DNA of 64,000 nucleotides from positions 3,416,129 to 3,480,128 of the forward strand of contig NC_057756.1 of the NCBI RefSeq assembly GCF_004010195.1, given 5' to 3'. The notes under the pieces were generated by a model. It made no database searches. It worked only from the letters and a program-made list of their open reading frames with translations, and was not told the origin of the DNA. This DNA is from Chiloscyllium plagiosum (Eukaryota). A program made the position numbers and the translations under genes. This document shows, piece after piece, positions 12,740 through 25,100 of the stretch (within the stretch, counting starts at the first letter, position 1; every line of letters starts with the position of its first letter).

Positions 12740-13800
12740 GGTCAGAGTAGACATGCATGGCTACATAATTTTAGAAATAAAATACAGTAAAAGGGCAAAA
12801 GGGCAGTATACTATAGAAAACAATGTTCTTTATTGATAAAACTCCCTTTTGTGGCATATATTACATCACCAGTCACAACTTTATTCTTCTTACAATCACT
12901 GTGCTGATGTCTATTCGATAACAGAACAGAGCCAGGTTTCACGTAAATTTATCAAATTGTTCATACTATGTCGACGTTCTGATGAACTTCGTGAAAGTTG
13001 GTCTCATACCTGGTCGTCTTCTCTCTCGCCCAATTTGGTCGGATCTCTACTGTTATGTCATATAAATAATTTGCCAACGTCACAATCATAAGGTTTCCCT
13101 TCGTATCTCTCCCTATCACATACTTCAGGAAATGTATCTGCTGCTCAGTTAATTGATTTTCCAGTTCAGGACTACAGTGCCTAATGGATTCGCCGATGCT
13201 CCATGGACACGTTATCTTCTCTATGTATGTCATGGCCAGATTTCCAAGGCGACATACTCTAAAACACAAACTGAACACTTTTCCCAGCCATTTCCTGGAT
13301 CCTCCTTCCTGAATTCGAAGTGTGTGTATGGTTTGTGCTTCACCTGTGTTGCAAATCCAATAAGCTAGATTGCACAAACATTTCCCATTCTGTTGGCAGT
13401 CCTAGCACTTTGAAGCCGTGTGCTCTTCGAAAACACGGGGTTAAAAACGGACGAATCACAGGTCTCTCCATTGACATCAATATTTGGTTAAGGTGCAACG
13501 TTTTATGAATATTAACAACGTGTAATCTGTCAACTACACACATACAAAGACAATGATATATTTCAGTGCACCTGTCTGTTTTTGTCCGCCTGTGTTGTGA
13601 ATGCATAGTAATTACTGAGACTGGATCTTTCTTTTGACGCTATTTTTCAGATCAAACTGAGATGGGACCAGATTACAATAATCAATTTTGAAACCTAATG
13701 CAATCACAAGTCGGCACAGCCAATAAAAGGGAAAGTAAAACATATAAGTAGTCCTCCAAGTAAATTCAAACCAATGATTCTATCACTGCCCTTCAGCGTT
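12740..13800 (+). pseudogene. AID/APOBEC-like cytidine deaminase pseudogene, two tandem domains (locus X)
   Basis: Domain 1 versus human AID: WLHNFRNKIQ*KGKRAVY (12758-12811) vs FLYQFKNVRWAKGRRETY; TWSSSLSP (13008-13031) vs TWFTSWSP; RHNHKVSLRI (13078-13107) vs RGNPNLSLRI; PNG..MLH vs PEGLRRLH; LNTF (13271) vs WNTF. Domain 2: TGLSIDINIWLRCNV (13458-13502) vs TSFSLDFGYLR..CHV; LCCEC (13590-13604) vs PCYDC; PDY..F*NL (13668+). Motifs are colinear, with several stops and frameshifts. Confidence 0.75.
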
Positions 13801-14073
13801 TTGTGCAGCGCTTGATGCATTCAGACCGATGGAAATTGGAAATTTTACTGCTAATATGCAGTAAAACTCCAGTTTTTATTATCGACGGGCAAAAAAAAAG
13901 CCAAAGCTTGAATCTAACGAATATAATAGCATTTGTTTTGTGTTGTCAAACGTTTGTCTCCAAAAGAATGATGTGTCTCATCAAACAACTATCGAAAAAG
14001 AGTGATTAGTCAACTTTATATCGTTGAACATTACCGATACTGGTTAATGATTATGCATATATTTCTCTTTTAG

Positions 14074-14126
14074 CAGTTAATGCTTAAGGTTTGTGACTCA
14101 ACAACTCACGTACAAATATGATGAAA
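14074..14126 (+). other. Candidate small exon ending in ATGATGAAA
   Basis: Polypyrimidine tract with TAG/CAG acceptor and consensus donor GTAAGT at 14127. Possibly an upstream exon of the next paralog. Confidence 0.35.
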
Positions 14127-14984
14127 GTAAGTCCCTCACTCCATCTGACCAAAAGGTGTACTAACACCGAAGGGAACGGCAATCATGCAAGCTCCATCCA
14201 GAAACAAGCATAAGTAATTCTCGGTAATAAGAAGTGCAGCTGCATGCATTTGAAATTTCAGACAAATTTTCACAGAATCCTGCCATACCACCAATCGCAA
14301 AAATATGCAAATTACTTTAACAAATTTGTTTGTAACTATTCCAAGCCTAGAAATCGTGGAATGGGGACGGGAACCATGGGGAATAACTTAGAAAACAAGG
14401 AACATGAGTGGATGTCAGACACATTCGAGGTTCTGAAGTAAAAGTGGAAAGGAATAAAAATATGTACGTACATGTGTGCGTTCGCATGCATGTATACATA
14501 TGAGACACATACATATCGAGACAGAGAGAGAGCGAGAGTGGGATGAGTGAGAGAGAGCGAGAGAGAGACTGCAGAATTTAGTTTGAAAGGAGGCAATGCG
14601 TATCAAATCCATTCATGTTCATCCATTGTCTACGTAAAAGTTTTTCATGAGCACACAGTTTTACCAAGCTATGCAGCCGAACCAAGGGTGAAATTGCACA
14701 CTACACATGTTTGGATTTCACTTCGTGTCAACGGAAAGAGCTAAATTAAGATAAAAATATTAAGTTTCAGAAGATTTTTTCTATCCACTTGACTTTCCTT
14801 GTCATTTGTTAATGGAAGAATGTTAGCACGTCTTTCTCGCTGTGTTTACATTTTTTTTATCAATTTTTGTGCGTGTTTAGTTTATTTGGCGATGCCAATC
14901 ATTGAAAAGAGAAACAAAATGTCATGCTGATATGTCGGTCCCTTTTTGTTTCGACTCATCAAGAAAGAAGCATTAGTGTTCCAG

Positions 14985-15430
14985 AAAGAAAACAGAAATG
15001 AATGTTACTGAAAAGCTCAGCAGGTGTGGCAGCATCCATGGAGAGAAATGAGAGTTAATGTTTCACATCGAGTAATACTTCCTCAGAACTGTTAACAGCT
15101 AAGGAAGTGCCAGTTTATATGCATAAAATGTCGATAGGGGAGGGAAAGAAGTAAAGATTATGTAGGGATCGAATTGAAAGAGATAGAGAAGTAGTTGGAC
15201 AGACAAAAGAGTGGGTAACTATTTGGTTAAGAGGATGAACAGCTATGAATAGGAACTGTGAGTGTCAAACAATGGGTTGTGTGAACTTGCAGACTGTTGA
15301 AGGACTGCTGCATTGCGGGTGGTGTCAGAACATGCGATAGCTCAAGCGAGAACGTTATTTAACGAGATATTGATCCAAAATACTGCAGGATATCGAAGCA
15401 TAAAATGAGGTCCTGTGCTTCCACATGCAC
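14985..15430 (-). mobile_element. Old Penelope-like 3' end fragment
   Basis: Resembles the reverse complement of the Penelope terminal repeat (AAAAGCTCAGCAGG..GGCAGCATC). Confidence 0.5.
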
Positions 15431-16780
15431 TGGGCATTATTATTACAGGTAATATTATGTAATTTAAATTTATTTACCTTCTGGTTATAAAAGTTAGTAC
15501 TGTATTTGCAAAGGGAAAACATTTTCTCACGGAAAACATCGGAATTCTAAGAGCACCATTGATGAGTAAGGAATTGTGGCAAATTAGTATTGCCTGGTGA
15601 AAAACTACGAGAGAATGCTTTTGCTTTGTCAGATATAGCAAAGCTATAACAGCCGAAATCCACTCCAACATTTAAGCTTAGTAGACATGCAGACACAACA
15701 CATGGATCTGCAAGCCTAGTAGTCAGCGGGAATATTAATGGGAAGACAGTAAATGCATCCAATTGTTGATTTAAGGAACAGTTTTTTTTAAAATGGCCCC
15801 AATTATTAAACCACAAACATCAGACTTGCGTTTGAAGTCATTTATCAAAAACATGATTCGAATTCGTTATTTTGAAACTTCAAACTACCAGTCCATTACA
15901 GCATACATACCAATAATTTGGCACGTGCCAATGAAATATCACAGCTGTATAGATTCAGTTTTCATATTTATGCAGCAAATTCAAAAGTCTATAAGATTCC
16001 ACAGAAACAATACATGTGTGGATGAAATAGATTTCAATGATCAACAGAAAATAGATATTCTCTCTATCACTAAAAACAAATATGAAATTGGCTTTCGCCA
16101 CATGCTCTTCACTTTATTCTGTTTTCTCTCAAATAAGAAGTAATTTACACGTATTGAAAAGACATATAGACAGATAGATAATTAAAACAATACTACACAT
16201 CTAGATAGATATTAATGGAAGGAGATTACAATACCACTTTTCAGACTGCAGTCAGACTTTTCCAAAGTCAATTAATCCTTTTTTTATTCAGCGTTGTGCC
16301 GCAGAAAATGTCACAATCTTAATTGATCTCTCATTAAATCACAAAAACCTGTCGTATAAGGTGATAGTGATCTCCATTTGTTACAATGCTGCTCCTTGAA
16401 CAAGGTTATGTTGCGCTTGCGTTTCTTTCAAAGGTGTAATGGTTCCAGAAGGTTTGGTTTGGATGGGTTTTATGGCCAATTTGACCATAACTAACAGATA
16501 CTGCCTCGGCAAAATGACTTTCAAGTATATAAAAATAAGCTTAGACAGTGAAAGGGGAATGGCTAGTTCTCCAGCTCAGCTCAGCTTAGTTTTTAGCAAG
16601 CAGTCAGTTTTGAGGCTTTTTTGTCAAACAAACAGCAACTTGTAAGACGTTGTTCTATGCTGAACCTCTCTGCCACTTCGCTTTCCTTTATCACCCAGTG
16701 CTTTGTTTTACCATATTTACCAAGGATTGTTCATAGGCATTGTTGCCGGACTTTGGAATAGCATATTAAGTTGTGATAAT

Positions 16781-17090
16781 TAGATTAGATTACTTACAGC
16801 GTGGAAACAGCCCTTCAGCCCAACAAGTCCACACTGACCCACAGAAGTGTAACCCACCCAAGCCAATTTTCCTATCTTTACCCCTTCACCTAACAGTACT
16901 GGTAATTTGGCATGGCCACTTCACCTAACCTGCACATTTTTAGATTGTGGGAGGAAACCGGAGCACCTGGAGGAAACCCACGCAGACACGGACAGAATGA
17001 ACAAACTCCACGCAGAGAGTCACCTGAGGCGGGAATTGAATCCGGGTCTCTTAGCGCTGCGAGGCAGCAGTGCTAACCACTGTGCCACTA
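16781..17090 (-). mobile_element. HE1-type tRNA-derived SINE, near full length
   Basis: Reverse complement has A/B boxes, the conserved GTCTGCGTGGGTTTCCTCCAGGTGCTCCGGTTTCCTCCCACA core, a CR1-like 3' end and a (TCTAA)n tail. Confidence 0.9.
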
Positions 17091-17140
17091 TTGGTTTCTC
17101 GAATAGGTTGTTTGCCTGTATCTCTTCGTTTGTTTATATT

Positions 17141-17410
17141 TCATTAAGTACTCTGTGCATAAATTCTTTTTATTAAAACCGAGGGCTTTTGAACGGCTGA
17201 ATCACCCTTTGAATATACACTGTACACCTGCTTAGAACATCTAGAACGTGACTACCTTCTTCTGATTAGATTAGATTAGATCTAATCAGAAGAAGGTAGT
17301 CACGTTCTAGATGTTCTAAGCAGGTGTACAGTGTATATTCAAAGGGTGATTCAGCCGTTCAAAAGCCCTCAGTTTTAATAAAAAGAATTTATGCACAGAG
17401 CACTTAATGA
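17141..17410. repeat. Near-perfect long inverted repeat (130-bp arms, 10-bp spacer)
   Basis: 17141-17270 is the reverse complement of 17281-17410 with two mismatches by my count. Spacer is TTAGATTAGA. Confidence 0.95.
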
Positions 17411-17884
17411 GTACTTGATGTTTTATGGAGTCTGGTCTTGTCCATAAAATATTACCATTAAATCTTCATTGAAAAGCATCCTATTGATTAATTGAAAATA
17501 TTTATTGAGAATGTAAGTCTAACATGGAACTTTTCATACAACTTTTTTAAATTTAGCAGCTCCAAAACAAAATATTTCAGAATGTTGCTTACGAATCAAG
17601 CACTCTGAAATTAACCAAAATAGTTTGGATGTGAAACGGTGTAGTTTGGCATTTTGGTTTTAATTTTAGCAGAACTGATTGGCTTCTCCTCTTATGTACA
17701 TAATAGACAGCAGGAAACACCAACAGGAAGAAGAAAAAGTTTTCTCTGGAGCTTTGATCATATTTTCTTTTGCGTGTGCATCACAATTTGTACGATATCT
17801 CCAAAAAGGCAAACACATGTCATATCTCGGGATTGTTATTCATTCCCTGCTCAGCTCATTTTACTATTTTCATGTAAATATTTA

Positions 17885-20800
17885 CTCTGAGGATGGCGGC
17901 ATCGCTGGCAGGCCACCATTTCCTGGCGAAGCAGACTTGCCATTCAGAATGACGTCGTGACCTTCATTCTTAATAGGCTCGATTCCACATGTTGTTGGTT
18001 GATGCACAGTGCATTTCGAGATTGATTTGCAGAATTTTGGCCCACTGAGTGGGAAGGGACGGTGGTATATTTCCTAGTTAGTGCGATGGCCTGCTTGGAG
18101 ACGAAATTGATTCTGCTGGTCTTACAATAGAGCTGCCTGTGTATTTCTTAACGGAAGTGTTCATTGGGTTGCAAGGTGCTGGTTAATGATCTGTGTTGTA
18201 CTTCCGTACTTTATCTTGAAGATGGAACAATTGCTTCCACTGTCCGTCAGTGTTGGATGGAGTGAGTATTTGTGGATGTGTTACAGTTTAAGTTGGATGC
18301 TTTTTGTGATAGTGTCAAACGTCTTGCATGTTAATGGAGTTGTATCAATCAAGGAAAGCGGTGAGTATTAAATCCCAATTCTGACTTGAGTCTTGTAGAT
18401 GTTTGGCAGGCTCTGAAGATTCAGGAGCCGACTTGTTCAGCTCAATATTCCTAGATTCTGACTTGCTCTTTATACCACCGTGTTTACGTGATGAGTACAT
18501 TTGCATTATTGACAATATTAACTACAAGGATTTTGATCGTGGAGATTTCAGTGGTGATAAAGCCCTTGAATGTCAAGGAGCGTTGATTAGATTTTCTCTT
18601 ATTGGACATGTTTATTGCCTAGCATTTAACGTCATATCATAATCGAGCTGTGTAGCATGGAAACAGACAGTTTGTTCCGACTCGTCCATGTTGAGTAGAT
18701 GTCCTAAATTAATCTAATCCCATTTGCCAGCACTTGGTCCATATCCCTCTAAGCCATCTCTAATCACTGACCCATTCAGATGCCTTTAAAATGTTGTAAT
18801 TATACCAGCCTCCACCAATTCCTCTAGAAGCGCATTCCATGTACACCCCACCCTTTGCGTTCAAAGCTTGTATCTTATGTCCCTTTTAAGTCTTTATATT
18901 CTTAGTTAATGCTCTTTTATTCTGCACTCCCCAACCCAGGAAATATCCTTGTATATTTACCATGCCCATGTTCCTTACGATTTCATAAGCCTATAAAAGT
19001 TCAGACATCAGATTCTAACGCTCCAAAGAAAACAGCCCCAGCCTACTCAGACCCGGCAACATCTGCAAGAAATTGTCACTTGTTGGACGTTGACTGTATA
19101 TTTCTCAGGAACTGCTGTCTTGGACATAGGCTGTTTCAGTATGTTTGGATTTCCAAATGGTGTGGAACACTTTGTAATCATCAGCATACATCCCCACTTC
19201 TGACCTGATACTGAAGGGGAGGTGATCGATGAAGCAGCTGAATATTGTTGAGCCTTAAACACTGTCTTGATAATCTGTGCCAAGGTGTCCTGGTCATGAG
19301 ATAAATACCCACAAAAACAATAAATATATTGTTAGTGTGCCAAGTATGACTCCAACCAAACAAGAGCTTCTGCATTCACAGATTGCTTCTAGATTTGTGG
19401 TAATCTTTATTACTACACTCAGTGCAGTGAAGCACAATTTCATGGCCTGTTACGCTCATCACACCACTGTAATTCAGCTCTAAGTCGGTATTGCAACCAA
19501 GTTAGTAATTATGTCAAGTCTTGGCGAAACACACGCTGCACGTCACTGAGAAAAGGTTATTGATGATCAGCTACTGCTGTTTAGCACTTCTGTTGAAACG
19601 TTCCGTCACCTTACTGATTGTCGAGAGTAGAATCATGGAAAATTACATGGCACGGTTGGATTTATCCTGCTTCTCTTTACATGTGTACGAACCATACCTA
19701 ACCAAATTTCCACATTGTCAGATCGATGACAGTACTGTATCTGTACTGGACCAGATTTTGTGCGGATGTACAGCTTATTCTGGATCTTAAATCTTTGGTA
19801 TGACTGCCGGAATGTTTTCAGTGCCTGCAGCTTTTGCAGAAACTAATGTTCCCAACTCCGTCTTGATATCACATGTTGATATGAAAATCGAATTGGCTGA
19901 AGACTGAGATGTGTAACAATGTGCACCATTGAGGAGCCAGAAAGGGAACATCCATTGTCACTACTCCCTGGAGATCATTTTGACTGTTTCGGCCTTATCA
20001 TTTGCATCTCTGTGTTGGGCTCTTACTTTATTGAAGATGGGAATATTTGTACAGCCTCCTTCTCCAGCAGACGGTATAATTATCCATTATCGTTTAAAAT
20101 TGCATTTTTCAGGATTACAGAGATCAAATAGCATTCGTCTTTTTTGGGATCAAATGGCTCTTTTTATCACTGACTGCTCATACTGTGTGGCATGCAAATA
20201 GTCCCGCTTGGTAGAATCACCAGGTTGACTTTTCATTTTCAGTTATGTCTGGTGCTGTTCATGACATGGTATCCTGCACTGTCAACTGAACAAGCATGGT
20301 TGAGAAGGGGGTATGCCAGTCCATCACTTTCAGACTATGTCAAAGTATAACTCTGCTCCTACTGATGATGAGCATCAATGCCTCATATATCAGCATTGTA
20401 AAGGTAGTAGCTCTGTTCGATTTCTGTCACTTTTAGCACAGTGATGTTTCCACACAGACCAACGAGGCGTATTCTCAAAGTTAAGATGGGGCTTCAGTTC
20501 CATCAGTAATATGTAGTGGTTCTTCTTCTCAATATCAGCAGATTGAGAAGGATGATTCGATGTCTTTTTTTTCACTTCTGCTGTTTTCCTCAAGTCCTGT
20601 CGCAAACTCCTCCAGCAGGGACTTCCTTTAGAATATAGACAGCTGGCTAAGGAGTGCTGCTATCAATTCACTTTACGTGGAGGACATTCCAATCCACAAG
20701 TACAGAATATTTCGCGCCTTAAACATTGTTAGTGTCTCCTCCCAGTGATATTAAACATGGTGGATACTTGTTTCATCAGCTGAGGGAGGACTGTATGTCA

Positions 20801-21420
20801 TAATCAGTTGTATGGTTATTTCTTAATGTTTATGCTGAAGCCATACGACTTCATGTTATGTGGAGACAATGGCAAGGTCCCAGAGTGCACCTCCGTCCAA
20901 TCCGTACATTATAGTGCTCCTGCCTCTGCTGATTCTACCTGCTTGTTAATGAGGTCATATCCAGGGATGGTGATGTTCCTCTCGAGGATTTTCTCGTTCA
21001 TGTTCAATTCAATAAGTATGCCTATGTTAAGCTTATGGTTGACTCGTCTGTGAGTCAAATCTCCCAACATTGGCAAGAGCCTTCAAATCATATTAGAAGG
21101 AAAATGCACATTTGGCAAGGCTTTTTCATCCATTGTCAATATCAATATCTAGGTTGGTGCTGGACGATCCATTCATTTCCCTTTCTTCGTTGAGATTACA
21201 TTACGATTGATACACCAGAATGCCTTGCAAGGTCATCTCAGAATTCAGTTGGGAGTCGAACACATTGCTTTCGCACTGGAAGCACAAATATTCAAAGGTG
21301 ACAGATTTTTTATTACCCCCGGAGTATATTACAGAGCCAGATGCATTTTTTCGACATTTGACAAAAAAGCATGATCCTCAGTATATTGTTAACTTCTGAA
21401 GTTGTTTTCTTTTATTGCAT
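17885..21420 (-). mobile_element. Ancient CR1-group (Crack/L2B-like) LINE, heavily decayed
   Basis: Minus strand near 19180-19270 reads QDSV*GSTIFSCFIDHLPFSIRSEVGMYADDY (RT motifs including YADD). Clade assignment is tentative. Confidence 0.65.
18640..19050 (-). mobile_element. CR1 3' fragment nested in the older LINE
   Basis: Reverse complement resembles CR1 3' end 51810-52210. Confidence 0.7.
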
Positions 21421-22049
21421 TAAAATTCTTCCATGTTTCACAACAGAAATTTTACGTTAGTTCAGTGAACATTATTTGGGTTTCTGAAACAACAGTCGAG
21501 TGTCATGATCTCTCGGAGATGCCTTCTCCTTCAATTGTGAGCATTTTTTTGAAGAGAGGCGAGATGCCCAACATAGTTTGAGATTTGTATTTCTCCCTGA
21601 TGAATGGACAGGTGAAAAGAGAATATTATCGTTTATTGGAAAAAAAAGGTTCATTGCTTTCGGTAACAGGGAAATCAACAAAAGGGAATCGAAGAGCCGA
21701 CAAGATAATTCAATTCTTAATGTGTACTTTGTTCTTTATGGACAACGGTAATAATGTCCTAATGCTGTTGTTGAACGCAAAGTCCATAGAGAGAGAGAGT
21801 AAGAAACATACCCAGCATGAGACGGGAAGTGCTGTTGGGAAGGTACATTAAATCCTGAGAAGTGGATAATTTATATCCTTAGACTTATAAGAAGTAGTCC
21901 AAGTAATAAAGTCGAAAATAATAACTTCTTTAAAACAATGACACAGTTCCTATAGATTGAACTCATCATTATCGACTGTCCCTCGCAAACGAGGATGATT
22001 CTTACCCATTGTTTGGGTGAGTCCGTAGTTGGCTGTACAATTCGATGTA

Positions 22050-25000
22050 GCATTCACTCTCTGTTCCATTTGTGGCATAAGCAACAGTTGGCGAGGGGAG
22101 GCGTTGGTGTGCACCGTTCTCCCTGCAATGTCTTCAACAGGCCTCTACATTTTAACAACAGCATTTCTCTAGGTGCGCGACAACTTCACAGAAGCTCCTC
22201 CTCCACTTAGCCTTGCTTTGAGCAGTCATTCTTAGAATTGTACAAATGCCACACTTCGCCAATGAGACCTTGAGGATGTCATTGAAGTGTTTCCTCTGTC
22301 GACGTGGGGTTTATCTGACACTTCAAAGTGAGGAGGAGAGTACTGGCTTGGCGAGCCTAGTGTCGCTCTGATGGAGGATGAAACCAGCCCATTGTAGTTG
22401 TTTAAGGCTCGTCAGTGCCACGATGCTGTGGATGTTGGCCTGCTCGAGGACGCTGCTTTTAGTGCGTCCTATTACCAATGATGTCGCAGCACATTGTGTT
22501 AGGAGTAATTGTGATACTGCTCGAACGGCTTAAGGTGTCTGCTAAGAGAGTCTACTCCCATAGTCATTAATAAGGGCCTGAACCACCATACGTCTGTCAA
22601 CCATGAGCTTGCTGTCAGAACTTACGTTATTGTTCTTGAACGCCCTGTTAATCCGATGACTGAAGGCCGTGCCAGTGCACTGTGTGTAGTGATGGCTTTC
22701 TTCATCAATAGCTGCTTGCCTGACAGGTCTACAACGTTCTCTAAAGTCGTCCAGCGGGCCATGATTATCGGAGGTTCATTACACGATGCTAGTTTGGTGC
22801 ACAGCGTTCATCTTGTGGATGTTCACGTTGCACCCAATGCTGGCACATGCCTCCATAAATGTCCTGACAATGCTCTGGACTGCATTCTGTGAGATTGTAC
22901 AGGCATAACGTCAACTGCGCACTGCAGCTGGCTGACTTTGATTTTGGCAGGTAAGCGGTGGGGCCTGAATAATTTTCAATTCATTCTGTAAGTTAGATAA
23001 ATTCCAGTGAGGAACATGTCTGCAATGAGGTGAAGCCTTGCAGCGAAGTCGATCAGTAACAGTTGTAACGACACAGTCGTGCTTGCCATCAGTCTGAGCA
23101 CTGCATACGTTCGTGAAGAAGCCACTGGTCATTAACACGACTTCCATGTTGTCCTGGAGAAGGTGAAGGATAGTAACAAACTTCATGGTGCAACCAAAGC
23201 TGTGAAGGATGTTCGATGTGGCTTAATGATTGAAGGTGAAAAATTTATTTGCAAGATCAAAGAACATCATTCATATGGTTATGCTCTTTCCCCTGCACTT
23301 ACCTGACACGGCTATCGTATGGTGAAAATCATGCTCACTGTGACCTTCTATACCAAAAGCCACACTGTGATTCAGACAGGCAATGAGTAATCGCAAGAGG
23401 AGACGGTCAATGAAGATGATTTCTTCGCCAATGGTCGACAGCAGAAAATTTCTCTGTAGTTACTATATTCAAACTTCCCTTTTAAAGAAAATGCATATGA
23501 CTATGGCATCTCGCAGCTCTTCTGGGATTTTGTCCTCCTTCCAGATAAGGAGCACCTCAATGTTACAGTGGAACACCTCTGCACTAGCAGCCTTGTTGTG
23601 CTTAAGCTGGTGGATAGCCTTCGCCCCTGCTTGCAAGACTAAACTAGTGCTAAGATTGAAGATTTTTAGCATGCTGTGGGAATTATTCAATGTCAACCAG
23701 ATCGACAGCAGAGTCCTAATTAAAGAAGCCTCTGAACTGCTCCTGCCAGATTTGTATGATTTTTCTTTGCGTTTGATAACTTTCAAATCATCCTTGCATG
23801 GGAGTGGTTTGAGGTCTTTGCTGTTTCGTTCGTAGTTAGTCTTGAGAACACAGACGATGCTCTCCACCTCATGGTTGTTAGTCTTCGTTCTTTATCCAAT
23901 TCACACCTATTCATTATGTCCCTGTTCATTGTTTGTTCTTCGCCTCCTGTCGACCAGACACCTGCCTTTTTTTTGCTTCCACGTGTGATTTTTCTTTCAC
24001 ATTTGGACATAACATGCAGGGTATTTCGCTCTTGGATCCCCTGATCATTCTCATCAAACCAGACTTGGTGTTTTCTGGTTGTATGAAAGACCGAGAGTTG
24101 CAGGCATTAATGATGACAGCATTGAGGACAGACCAGAAGCTGTTGGAATAATCCAACTCCATGTGTTGAAGTGTCACAAGGATTGTGGAGAGGGCCTGAT
24201 ATGTTTACGTGGCATTGAGTGTTTAAATGTTAAACTCTTTGTACCACGGCTTCTATTGCCTCTCTTGCAACGGTGCTATACTTAGGCTTATCTTGGCTTG
24301 GAACAGATGATGGACGATAACATTTGTCATGGTGTGGATGATTTAAACGTCTTTCGCTTCCATCGGTCAGACGATGACTCCTTATGTTGGTGCCAGTATG
24401 TGTTATGAGGATGCTGCCATGATGTCTTCTTTATTTATCACTTTGGTGGAATGCAATGTTGGGGATAAGGAAGTACATTTGATTAGGAGAGTGGTGCCAA
24501 TGCATTTTTTGCTTAACTATTCCACCTTTACTAATTACTTTGCTCCATATGTCTGAAGAATTGTTGAATCGCGGAAAACAATCGTTGTTTTCTTCTGCTT
24601 GGACCTCTGTTCAAGAGTACAGTAGAATTCCTCTTTGCGGTCACCTTCTGCACCAAGCATTACTGCATTTAAATTGAATATTGTGACATTCTGATCCCAG
24701 GAAAGGATCAGAGTATCGTGAGTTGTTCACTTACTCTGCAGGTAGAGTCGTTGAATTTGTGCAGCAGCTTCTTTATGATTAGATGAAGCCAACGATGAAG
24801 ATGACGTTATACCAGTGTCTCTTTTCAATGTCCCTGCTTTTCCATAAAAAAAGTATCCATCATCTCGCACTTTGAGCAACGCTTCTGCTGCTCACTGGAC
24901 ATCCCCAGGGCAGTGATGTCAATATTATTACGTCTGGGTTCTGGACAACGATCGAGGTATGTTGTTGCACACTGATGATCAACTAGGTTTTTTCGTGCAA

Positions 25001-25100
25001 GGGCGAGTGTCTTTGTCCAGGGCGAGTGTTGTCCAAGCCAACTGGAGACCACGCACTGCGCTTTGGCATTAGATTGTCAGTGGTGCAGTGCAGAAAAGCA
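22050..25100 (-). mobile_element. Degenerate RTE-clade LINE (EN-RT)
   Basis: 'GCTMKFVTILHLLQDNMEVVLMTSG...TDGKHDCVV' resembles RTE 'GCP.KF..ILR.LHD.M...TGVKQGCV'. Also 'KAIHQLKHNKAAS...IWKEDKIPEELRDAIV'. Confidence 0.75.

Larger units (their letters stand above)
16435..17450 (+). mobile_element. Solo Gypsy-type LTR carrying a SINE insertion and an inverted duplication
   Basis: Starts TGTAA, ends GTCTGGTCTTGTCCATAA like the LTR end at ~745-760. Interior resembles 32250-32700. Confidence 0.5.

Noticed and set aside
13153..13368. 'FTCVANPIS' resembling an Ig C2-set terminus
   Set aside because: The other Ig hallmarks are absent and the region is better explained by the deaminase reading.
17265..17285. 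TTAGA repeats as telomeric sequence
   Set aside because: Not TTAGGG; matches the SINE tail motif.
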